A DNA stretch of 13,873 nucleotides from Methanobacterium sp. GTDB lineage: Archaea > Methanobacteriota > Methanobacteria > Methanobacteriales > Methanobacteriaceae. Under the pieces are notes generated by a model. The model did not search any database. It saw nothing but the letters and a program-made list of their open reading frames with translations, and was not told the DNA's origin. Made by a program: the position numbers and the translations under genes. The DNA lies in NCBI GenBank assembly GCA_003166335.1, contig PMWA01000121.1, positions 1-13,873 on the forward strand, in the 5' to 3' direction. Numbering within the stretch: the stretch's first letter is position 1; each line of letters starts with the position of its first letter. Of the stretch, positions 1 through 7,373 are shown one piece after another.

Positions 1-373
1 CATCGAATGTTGGAATAACTCGGGTGGCTCCGCAACCCCGTACTTTGTAGCTGCCTTCAGTTGATTTCCGATTTATCTCCACTAAATCAGTAAATGACCA
101 TACATTTCTACGATCCTCTGGAACGGCGTTAACTTCTATTGCATTATTGGGGCACATTTCCTCGCATATCCTACATCCTACGCAGAGTTCATGGTGTAGT
201 GGATAAGGTTCATCATCTATTATCTCGTATACGTCATGTGGACAATTGTTAAGGCAGGAGTAACAGTTTTGACATAATTGTTCATCTCGGTTGTCGCACA
301 GGTACCAGCAGCAGCCTGGTCGGTTGAAGTTTCTCCTGCATAGTTCTTTGTTTCTTTCTATTTTAAATGGCAA
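1..373 (-). CDS. gltB2: Glutamate synthase large-subunit domain 2 protein (GltB2; N-terminal 2x[4Fe-4S] ferredoxin domain, FMN domain expected beyond the window); 5' part only
   Basis: Not in the ORF track; translated manually. TTG at 373-371, 3 nt after the upstream TAA, with GGAGG SD at about 381-386. Reads MPFKIERNKELCRRNFNRPGCCWYLCDNRDEQLCQNCYSCLNNCPHDVYEIIDDEPYPLHHELCVGCRICEEMCPNNAIEV...STEGSYKVRGCGATRVIPTFD and is open to the edge. It has two CxxCxxCxxxCP motifs, then the GxYxxRGxG...FD lead-in typical of archaeal GltB2, and sits in an operon with gltB1 and gltB3. Confidence 0.88.
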   Translation of the reverse strand, partial: MPFKIERNKELCRRNFNRPGCCWYLCDNRDEQLCQNCYSCLNNCPHDVYEIIDDEPYPLHHELCVGCRICEEMCPNNAIEVNAVPEDRRNVWSFTDLVEINRKSTEGSYKVRGCGATRVIPTFD

Positions 374-376
374 TTT

Positions 377-1489
377 TTACTCCTCCTTACTATCTTTAAG
401 TGATTTAAGTGGTTCGAATACTGGGCATGCTGCATATTTAGTGCCGGATGCACTTAAAACATCTGCTACATTGTTTGTTAATTTAGCTTCAGGTTTCCAG
501 GGATGTGCTTTGTTTTTATCAACAATAATTACTTCTTCAACCATTTTCTGGGTTAATGCATAGTTTAATAATGCTGTGGCTACTCCTCCATCCTGACCTT
601 TAATCATAGGGGCTTGGGCGGATACTATCTTCAGATAGTCTCCTAATGGTTTTTTACTACTATCAGCACTTAAGATTTCTTCTGGAATATAGGTGCGTGG
701 ACAGGTTACATAGCAGAGGTTACAGTCTTCTGGGCATTTTCCTTTGAGTTGTGGTTTTCTATCCTCTATGGATACTATATTTTCTGGACATGCAAGTACA
801 CAGGCTCCGCATAGCACGCAGGTTCCCACGTCTATTACATCACTTTTGAGGTCGATGAATTGACATCCTTGTACTTCTTCTTGGAATTCGTCTTTAGATA
901 TCTGTCTCGTATATAATACCGGTCTTCCTACTTTTTCTCTCTTTTTAATCTCCTCTTTATTTTCCTTCTTCTTTTTAGTGGCTAGTTTTTCAATTATTTT
1001 AAGACCAGATTCTGTTAAAGGTTTTGTTTTTAAATAATTATCGTTTTCAGCATTCTTTAAAAGTTCTAAACCTTTTTCAGTTCTAATTATAACAGTTGAC
1101 CATTGTTTAGGTGAACCCACTGAACCTACGGATATGTCTGAAAGTTCGGATGTTAAATCCATGCACACTTGGCAATTTTTTCGCATACAACTTTTGGCTT
1201 CTTTTAGGGGAATCTTAACTAAACGATCTTCAGTGAGGTAGAACCAGAAATAATTCTTTTCAACTCTGCATTCTATTACATCCTTCATATCAGCATCATA
1301 CTTCTCTAGTAATTGTTTCATATAACTGTATGAGAAGTTTTCCATGCAGAAAAGCCCTATTTTAATATCCAAGGGTGATTTACCGAGATAATCTGAAAAA
1401 GTATCCATCTTCGCCGCAGCTATCATATGGCATGGTGTTCCTATCACAGCCACTTTCCCTTTTTCTTGGTTATTCTGTTCCATAATCAT
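377..1489 (-). CDS. Coenzyme F420-interacting FrhB/FdhB/FpoF-family subunit with 2x[4Fe-4S] domain, circularly permuted; probable F420H2-oxidising subunit of glutamate synthase
   Basis: FrhB motifs VAVIGTPC, IGLFCMENFSY, CQVCMDLTSELSDISVGSVGS..WSTVIIRT, GQDGGVATALL and GTKY, plus CVLCGACVLACP and CPEDCNLCYVTCP. ATGA overlap with the upstream stop at 1486-1489; alternative start at ATG 1483. Confidence 0.9.
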   Translation of the reverse strand: MIMEQNNQEKGKVAVIGTPCHMIAAAKMDTFSDYLGKSPLDIKIGLFCMENFSYSYMKQLLEKYDADMKDVIECRVEKNYFWFYLTEDRLVKIPLKEAKSCMRKNCQVCMDLTSELSDISVGSVGSPKQWSTVIIRTEKGLELLKNAENDNYLKTKPLTESGLKIIEKLATKKKKENKEEIKKREKVGRPVLYTRQISKDEFQEEVQGCQFIDLKSDVIDVGTCVLCGACVLACPENIVSIEDRKPQLKGKCPEDCNLCYVTCPRTYIPEEILSADSSKKPLGDYLKIVSAQAPMIKGQDGGVATALLNYALTQKMVEEVIIVDKNKAHPWKPEAKLTNNVADVLSASGTKYAACPVFEPLKSLKDSKEE

Positions 1490-2175
1490 CCTTCCTCTGA
1501 TTCTTTACCATAAAATGGTCTTTTACTTCGTGGAACTATTTTCCTGAAATTTTCGTAATCATTCTCTGTTAATTGGAATCCGTAATTAGTTAAAAGTTCA
1601 TAAAGTTCAGTTTTATCTTTATCATTAATTTCTTCAACTTTAGCATTTTTGCCTAGGCTTTTAATGTCTCCTTTGACATATATAGCTCCCCTAATAATAG
1701 ATTCACCAGCATCATTTGATATATCGCCTAGTACAATTATACGTCCACCCATCATGAAAAGACCGCTCATGAATCCTGAGTTACCTCCGATAATGATGGT
1801 TCCATTTTTCATTATTTCACCAGTTCTGGAACCTGCATCTCGTTTAACCACTACTACTCCACCATATATTCCCTGACCCACACCATCACCTGCAGATCCG
1901 TCAATTATAACCTCTCCTTCAGTCATGTTATCCGCGGGGAACCATCCAGCGTTACCATTTATGTGGATTTTTGCTCCGTGAATCATAGTCCCCACGAAAT
2001 ATCCCGCTGAACCATCTATTAATACTTCTACAGGTTCTGTTAATCCAGCAACCATGTAATGCATAGCATTTGGATTTCTAATAATAATTTTATCATTTTC
2101 TTTAGCGGATTTTTTTATGGCTTGGTTAATTTCTCGTGGTGTTTTATGATTAGCGTCAATTTCAAATTCCTGCAT
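1486..2175 (-). CDS. gltB3: Glutamate synthase domain 3 (GXGXG beta-helix, GltB3/FwdC-like) protein
   Basis: Repeated Gly-rich units (IDGSAGYFVGTMIHG, INGNAGWFPADNMTEG, IDGSAGDGVGQGIYGG, IGGNSGFMSGLFMMGG, GESIIRGAIYVKG). GGTGG SD upstream. Lies between gltB1 and gltB2. Confidence 0.88.
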   Translation of the reverse strand: MQEFEIDANHKTPREINQAIKKSAKENDKIIIRNPNAMHYMVAGLTEPVEVLIDGSAGYFVGTMIHGAKIHINGNAGWFPADNMTEGEVIIDGSAGDGVGQGIYGGVVVVKRDAGSRTGEIMKNGTIIIGGNSGFMSGLFMMGGRIIVLGDISNDAGESIIRGAIYVKGDIKSLGKNAKVEEINDKDKTELYELLTNYGFQLTENDYENFRKIVPRSKRPFYGKESEEG

Positions 2176-2230
2176 TTAAGATCGCCACCCTTCATTCATC
2201 TACAATATATTCTATTTTACTACAAATGTT

Positions 2231-3148
2231 TTAGATAGTGTAAGCTCTGACTTCTCCTGGTGAGATTTGGTCAATGTCATGAGTATCCATCACTTCTCGA
2301 AGTGCTACTTCTTCAGATGCTATGGCGAATACTTCATCATTTTCAGCGAGAACTCCAGGTCTGAGGCCTAACTGGTCTTTAGCTATTCCTACCCCATTAG
2401 GAGTGCCTATAATATACGAAAATGGTCCATCCATGTCTATTACGGATTGTTCTAAAGCTTCTTCTAGTTTATATCCTTCTTTCAATTTATCAGCAATATA
2501 ATGAACAATGCATTCCGTATCATTAGTTGTTTCAAATATATGACCCTTCCTTTCCAATGGATCTCTTAATTTCCAGTAATTAGTAATCTGACCATTATGC
2601 ACCACAGTAATATCCGGTATAATATAACTTTGGAAGGGATGAGCATGATAACGGTCCACTATACTTTCTGTGGAGAATCTAGTGTGTCCTATTCCATGAG
2701 TTCCCTGTTTAGAGTGAGTATCATATCTAGCGGCAATATCCTTCACCAAACCTACATCTTTAATCATCTCAAATGAATGGCTTCCGTTAAGTACTATAAC
2801 ATCATTTATTCTATCAATATCCATTATAAGCGGTTTTAACTGGGAAAATGATTTAAGTGAAACTTTACATCGATATATTATATAATTCTCCACGGATGGA
2901 ATTATCTCCTCGCTTTTTATATTAGTTGCAGTATTAACCGTATCTTTCACCTGTTCTAAAAGACCTGATTTCTCTTTCACCTCAATATTTAATAAATACT
3001 CATCTTCCATTAAACCAAGACCACCATATATGGCGAATCCTGCCGAATCTGGCCCTCTGTGTTGTAAAGCATCCAGCATTTTAGTTAGAGAATCTCCTAC
3101 ATGGTGGAGTTTCCCATCTTTGAATACAACTCCTGCTATTCCACACAC
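2231..3148 (-). CDS. gltB1: Class II (Ntn) glutamine amidotransferase, glutamate synthase domain 1 (GltB1/GlxB-like)
   Basis: GTG start with SD GGAGGTG (3154-3160). N-terminal nucleophile MCGIAG and motifs HRGPDSAG, IGHTRFST, HAHPF, VHNGQITNY, NDTE, MDGPF, DQLGLRP and ASEE. Confidence 0.9.
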   Translation of the reverse strand: MCGIAGVVFKDGKLHHVGDSLTKMLDALQHRGPDSAGFAIYGGLGLMEDEYLLNIEVKEKSGLLEQVKDTVNTATNIKSEEIIPSVENYIIYRCKVSLKSFSQLKPLIMDIDRINDVIVLNGSHSFEMIKDVGLVKDIAARYDTHSKQGTHGIGHTRFSTESIVDRYHAHPFQSYIIPDITVVHNGQITNYWKLRDPLERKGHIFETTNDTECIVHYIADKLKEGYKLEEALEQSVIDMDGPFSYIIGTPNGVGIAKDQLGLRPGVLAENDEVFAIASEEVALREVMDTHDIDQISPGEVRAYTI

Positions 3149-3714
3149 TTTAACACCTCCTTTATGAAATACTCATGGATTCTAGTATCTTCTGTAAGTT
3201 CAGGATGGAAAGCAGTCGCTATATATCTTCCTTCGCTTACGGCTACAATTTTATCTTTAAGTTTAGCTAATATTTTTACTCCATCTCCTACTTTGCTAGC
3301 GTAAGGAGCTCTGATAAAGATTCCACGAAAATTTTGATCAAATATTCTTATTACTTCTTCAAAAGAAAGTTTTTGCCCTCCAAATCCATTTCTTTTAACC
3401 TGCATATCGATTAAACCTATAAGTGGCTGTTCATAACCTGTAAATCTCCCCAGAACCACCATTCCAGCACAAGTACCCAAAACAGTTATTTCACAGTCTT
3501 TTATCACTTGATCTATACCTTCTTCTTTTAGAAGTTTACCGATAACAGTGCTCTCGCCGCCGGAAATTATTAATCCTTGACATTTTGATACTTCCGATGA
3601 AGTTTTAACTTTCAATACTTGAGCTTGAATCTTCATTTTATCTAAAGCTTTCTGAATGGCGTTAAAATGTTCCTGGACATCACCTTGCAGGTCTAAAATT
3701 CCTATTTGAATCAT
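3136..3714 (-). CDS. pdxT: Pyridoxal 5'-phosphate synthase glutaminase subunit PdxT
   Basis: Motifs GILDLQGDVQEH, GGEST, GTCAG (catalytic Cys), FIRAP and FHPE (His-Glu). The ORF is open from ATG 3753, but ATG 3714 (MIQIGIL, AGGA upstream) fits the family N-terminus better. The stop overlaps the gltB1 start by 13 nt. Confidence 0.93.
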   Translation of the reverse strand: MIQIGILDLQGDVQEHFNAIQKALDKMKIQAQVLKVKTSSEVSKCQGLIISGGESTVIGKLLKEEGIDQVIKDCEITVLGTCAGMVVLGRFTGYEQPLIGLIDMQVKRNGFGGQKLSFEEVIRIFDQNFRGIFIRAPYASKVGDGVKILAKLKDKIVAVSEGRYIATAFHPELTEDTRIHEYFIKEVLKCVE

Positions 3715-3787
3715 ATCATTTCTTTCCTTTGAAGTGGGTATTTTATCATCCATATTTTTGTAATTTGATAATATTTGAAAAATATAT

Positions 3788-3795
3788 TATATAAA
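3788..3795 (-). promoter_or_regulatory. Putative TATA box (TTTATATA) for the pdxT-glt operon
   Basis: The minus strand reads TTTATATA, a consensus methanogen TATA box, about 35 nt upstream of ATG 3753 and about 75 nt upstream of ATG 3714. The AT-rich background lowers specificity. Confidence 0.55.
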
Positions 3796-3801
3796 GTTAG
3801 G

Positions 3802-3819
3802 GGAAATAATTTTATTTCC
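3802..3819. promoter_or_regulatory. Perfect inverted repeat GGAAATAA-TT-TTATTTCC, candidate transcription-factor site
   Basis: 8-bp arms with a 2-nt spacer, 6 nt upstream (minus-strand sense) of the putative TATA box. Confidence 0.4.
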
Positions 3820-4398
3820 GTTTTTTATTTGATCTTTGAAGATTATGTAGTAAATCGAATTTTTTTTAAACAATGTTCAAAGTTTTTGCTAGTAAATATA
3901 GTTTAACTGAACAATTATATAAATGTATCTAGCTGCCATTAAACTTTATAAAAATAATTGATGTAATTAAGTCCCCAAAAAAGTTATAGAATAAATTAAA
4001 AATGATTAAACCTTTATTCATGTTTTAATCACGAATTAGCGATTTAAGTCAAACATTTACAAATAATAGATTTCTTAATCCTAATTTATCATATTTAAGA
4101 TTAAACACCATCACATTAACAATAAGACCCACACTGAGGAATAGTCCCAAAAATAACTGCAAAATAAAAAAAATTAAAAAATAAGAGACATTAAATAATT
4201 CTGAATAATTTTTTTACATTTTATAAAATCAGCTTAAGAATAAAAAATTAAGGAAAAAAGATAAAATATAAAAAAAATGTAAAAAACTCTGAAATTAAAA
4301 CTTAAAAAATAGAACTAAAAGGCTTAATAACCTACCATTACCTAGTTTAACTACATTTTGCAAATATATTTTTTTAATAAAAAATAAATTTGTTTAAT

Positions 4399-5346
4399 TT
4401 AAATATCCAAAGATAACATTACCTTATCAGTATTCTCTTTAACCACTTTCGCGGCATTTATTAAAGCTTTAGTTTCATTATCATTCATTTTTATAGGAAT
4501 TATTCTTTCTATACCATTAACACCCAATTTAACGGGTACACCTAAACATACATCTTTTATGTCTTCAATTTCACCGTCTAAATAAGTACTGACTGTTAAT
4601 ATCCTTTTTTCATCATTTAGAATAGTAGTGATGATATTAGCTATAGCATAAGCCGGACCATATTCTGTTGAACCTTTTTTATCTATCACATAACTACCAG
4701 CATTTATAACTTTCCTAACCATCCCTTCAATGTCAATACTTCCATTTAAAGCATAATTTTTAAGTAATATTCCTCCTATAGAAGTAGAACTAACAAGAGG
4801 CACCATATGATCCCCATGCTCCCCTATCACTCTAGTGTGAATTTCACTAACATGGATATTGAAATGTTTAGCTAGCATATTTTTAAGCCGCAACGAATCT
4901 AAGTGATTCCCTAATCCAAAAACCTTATTTTTATCAAATCCAGATGCTTTCAACGCCACATAAGTCATTACATCAACAGGATTAGTTACGACTAATATTA
5001 TAGAATGAGGCGAATGTTCAGCGATAATTCTTGAATATTCTGCAACTATTTTAGCATTTGGCACTGCAATATCCAACCGGGACATACCAGCTTGACGAGG
5101 AACTCCCGCAGTTATAACCACAACATCAGAATCTTGTAAATCTTCCATATCACAAGATGCCTTAATAGAAATTCTGATATCTTTAGCTGCCATAGCATCA
5201 TACATATCCAAAGATTCGCCTTCAATTCGCTCAAAACTTTCTTTTCGACCAATTAATACCAGCTGATTAGCCACGTTTTCCTCAGCCAAACAAAATGCAG
5301 CGGATTTTCCAACTTTTCCCGATGCACCTACAATACTTACCTTCAA
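4399..5346 (-). CDS. mdh: LDH-like malate dehydrogenase (archaeal, probably NADP-accepting)
   Basis: TTG start with SD GGGGTGG. Rossmann motif VGASGKVG; LIGR at the end of the second strand (no Asp, as in NADP-using archaeal MDH); TAGVPR..GMSR (malate-specifying Arg), VTNPVD, LDSLR and GEHGD. Confidence 0.92.
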   Translation of the reverse strand: MKVSIVGASGKVGKSAAFCLAEENVANQLVLIGRKESFERIEGESLDMYDAMAAKDIRISIKASCDMEDLQDSDVVVITAGVPRQAGMSRLDIAVPNAKIVAEYSRIIAEHSPHSIILVVTNPVDVMTYVALKASGFDKNKVFGLGNHLDSLRLKNMLAKHFNIHVSEIHTRVIGEHGDHMVPLVSSTSIGGILLKNYALNGSIDIEGMVRKVINAGSYVIDKKGSTEYGPAYAIANIITTILNDEKRILTVSTYLDGEIEDIKDVCLGVPVKLGVNGIERIIPIKMNDNETKALINAAKVVKENTDKVMLSLDI

Positions 5347-5524
5347 TTTGAACCACCCCGTAAAATTTTATTTTAGAATATCCAACCACGAATTTTTATA
5401 ATCTATAATTATTTCAATTTCATTTAAGAAAAAATGTAAAATAACAGATTAAAAAAATTTTCATATTCATTCATAGTTAAGAATTATTTCAGAAAATTCT
5501 AGAGATAAAAATATTAATTTATTT

Positions 5525-6085
5525 TCAATCCATATTTTCTAGAAACTTCTCTGCAACTTTTCTAACATAACTACTTTTATCGTTCAAAGCATTTTTCAGG
5601 GGATCTATAACTTCTTCACCACCTATATTCCCCAGCGCCCATGCAGCACCACTTCTCACAAAACCACTTTCATCCTGCATTGAATTAATTAAAGGTTCTA
5701 CTGCCTTCTTATTACCTATTTTTCCTAAAGCCCAGGCAGCCCCTCCTCTAACCCTCCACTCAGGGTCATTCAATAATTCTACTAATGGCTCAACTGCAGT
5801 ATCTCCCATTTTACTTAGAGCTCCTGAAGTTTCACGTCTAACCCATTTATTATCATCCCTTAAATTGTTGATAAGCGGTTTTATTGCTCTTTCATCTCCA
5901 ATTTCTCCAAGGGCTCTAGCTGAATATCTTCTAATATTTTTATTTTCATCTTCTAAAGCACCTATGAGGGATTCCACTGCAGGCTCTCCAATTTCCTCAA
6001 GTAAATCAGAGGCTTGAACTCTAATATGTTCATCATCTTCTCCTAAAGTCTGAATTAATCTTTTAATATTATCTTCCCTTTCCAT
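5525..6085 (-). CDS. HEAT-repeat (PBS lyase/EZ-HEAT-like) solenoid protein
   Basis: About six 30-31-aa repeats of pattern AVEPLIxxLxDxxxxVRxxAAxALGxIG, with the repeat Arg at residues 22, 52, 83, 113, 144 and 175. GGTGG SD upstream. Confidence 0.92.
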   Translation of the reverse strand: MEREDNIKRLIQTLGEDDEHIRVQASDLLEEIGEPAVESLIGALEDENKNIRRYSARALGEIGDERAIKPLINNLRDDNKWVRRETSGALSKMGDTAVEPLVELLNDPEWRVRGGAAWALGKIGNKKAVEPLINSMQDESGFVRSGAAWALGNIGGEEVIDPLKNALNDKSSYVRKVAEKFLENMD

Positions 6086-6283
6086 TTATATTCCACCGTT
6101 AAAAGTTTGTTTTTTACATAAATTTAAAAAATTGAAAAATTTTCATAATAGTGTATTTATTAAAATTACTTCAGGTACTTTATTATATTCTTTAATAGCA
6201 ATATATCTTATTCTTTGGAATAACTATTCATCTAAATGAATTATAAAAAATTACGAAAATAGATCAAGAATAAAAATGATATT

Positions 6284-7309
6284 ATGTACGATATAACTGT
6301 TATACCCGGTGATGGCATAGGATTAGAGGTTATGGACGCTACTTTACATGTTTTAGAGGCATTAAACATTGAATTAAATTACATAAAAGCATATGCCGGT
6401 AATGAATGCTTTAAGCGTACAGGAACAACCATTCCAAATGACACTATTAAATTAACACGTGAATCAGATGCAACCCTTTTCGGAGCAGTTACCACTGTAC
6501 CGGGTCAAAACAGCGCCATAATAACCCTGAGGAAGGCAATGGATCTATACGTTAATATCAGGCCCGTGAAATCTCGTGAAGGGGTGAGATCCTTATTCAA
6601 GGATATAGATTTTGTCATATTAAGAGAAAATACAGAAGGACTTTATTCAGGAGTAGAAGAATATACTGAAGCTGGAGCAACTGCTTTAAGAGTAGTTACA
6701 AAGAAATCAAGTCAGAGAATCTGCAAATTCGCTTTTGAATATGCAAAAAAAACAAAAAGACATAAAGTAACTGCAATTCACAAAGCAAACATTTTAAAAA
6801 AAACTGATGGATTATTTAAAGATATTTTTTATGATATGGCACAGCAATATCCTGATATCAAAGCAGAGGATAAATATGTAGATGCAGCTGCCCTGTTTTT
6901 AATAACAAATCCTAAAGAATTCGATTGTATAGTAACAACTAACTTATTTGGAGATATATTATCAGATGAAGGCGCAGGTCTTGTTGGGGGTCTTGGATTA
7001 GCTCCCTCAGCAAATATTGGGAATGATCACGGTTTATTTGAACCTGTACATGGCTCTGCGCCTGCCCTTACAGGAATGGGGATTGCTAACCCCTCTGCCA
7101 TGATACTCTCTGCTGTGATGATGCTTAATTATTTAAAAGAATTTCAAGAAGCCAATAAACTTGAAAAATCCTTGGAAGCTGTATTAAGGGAAGGTAAAGT
7201 AGTTACCCCCGATTTAGGTGGAAAATCAAAAACTATAGAAATGGCATTAGAAGTAAAAAGAAAGTTGAGTAAAATCAATTTAAAGAAGATTATAAAGAAT
7301 GATGACTAA
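6284..7309 (+). CDS. aksF: Isocitrate/isopropylmalate-family dehydrogenase, most likely homoisocitrate dehydrogenase AksF (coenzyme B 2-oxoacid chain elongation)
   Basis: Motifs IPGDGIGLEV, RENTEGLY, HKANILK, NLFGDILSD, EPVHGSAP, ANP and TPDLGG. The substrate-loop LFGAVTT..SAIITLR resembles methanogen AksF more than LeuB (LFGAAGE type). The family is secure; the exact paralog is less so. Confidence 0.78.
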   Translation: MYDITVIPGDGIGLEVMDATLHVLEALNIELNYIKAYAGNECFKRTGTTIPNDTIKLTRESDATLFGAVTTVPGQNSAIITLRKAMDLYVNIRPVKSREGVRSLFKDIDFVILRENTEGLYSGVEEYTEAGATALRVVTKKSSQRICKFAFEYAKKTKRHKVTAIHKANILKKTDGLFKDIFYDMAQQYPDIKAEDKYVDAAALFLITNPKEFDCIVTTNLFGDILSDEGAGLVGGLGLAPSANIGNDHGLFEPVHGSAPALTGMGIANPSAMILSAVMMLNYLKEFQEANKLEKSLEAVLREGKVVTPDLGGKSKTIEMALEVKRKLSKINLKKIIKNDD

Positions 7310-7364
7310 TTGTTTTTATAGATTTAATGGGAAAAAGAATAAATATGGCTACAATATAGATTTA

Positions 7365-7373
7365 TTATATAAA
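7365..7373 (+). promoter_or_regulatory. Putative TATA box (TTATATAAA) upstream of fbp
   Basis: Best TATA-like match in the aksF-fbp spacer; implies a 5' leader of about 140 nt. SD GGAGGT at 7524-7529. Confidence 0.35.

Noticed and set aside
291..563. 90-aa + strand ORF
   Set aside because: Antisense shadow of gltB2 and the FrhB-like gene; no motifs or SD.
377..1489. True F420-reducing hydrogenase beta subunit (frhB)
   Set aside because: No frhA/D/G nearby; it has an extra ferredoxin domain, permuted order and is embedded in the glt operon.
1649..1876. 75-aa + strand Pro-rich ORF
   Set aside because: Antisense to Gly-rich gltB3; the Pro richness is just the complement of Gly codons.
1486..2175. 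Formylmethanofuran dehydrogenase subunit C (FwdC) assignment
   Set aside because: It shares the GXGXG fold, but no other fwd genes are present and the context is glutamate synthase.
3101..3304. 67-aa + strand ORF
   Set aside because: Antisense shadow of pdxT/gltB1.
3715..3830. Canonical NrpR operator (GGAA-N6-TTCC) upstream of the glt operon
   Set aside because: Only an N10-spaced version was found; it is reported separately as non-canonical.
3754..4398. CRISPR array, tRNA or IS remnant in the long spacer
   Set aside because: No regularly spaced repeats, no GC-rich cloverleaf, and no terminal inverted repeats or transposase fragment seen.
6218..6241. Short palindromes (GAATA-AC-TATTC; ATTCAT-CTAA-ATGAAT) in the HEAT/aksF divergent spacer
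   Set aside because: Arms of 5-6 bp that are almost all A/T are expected by chance in this composition.
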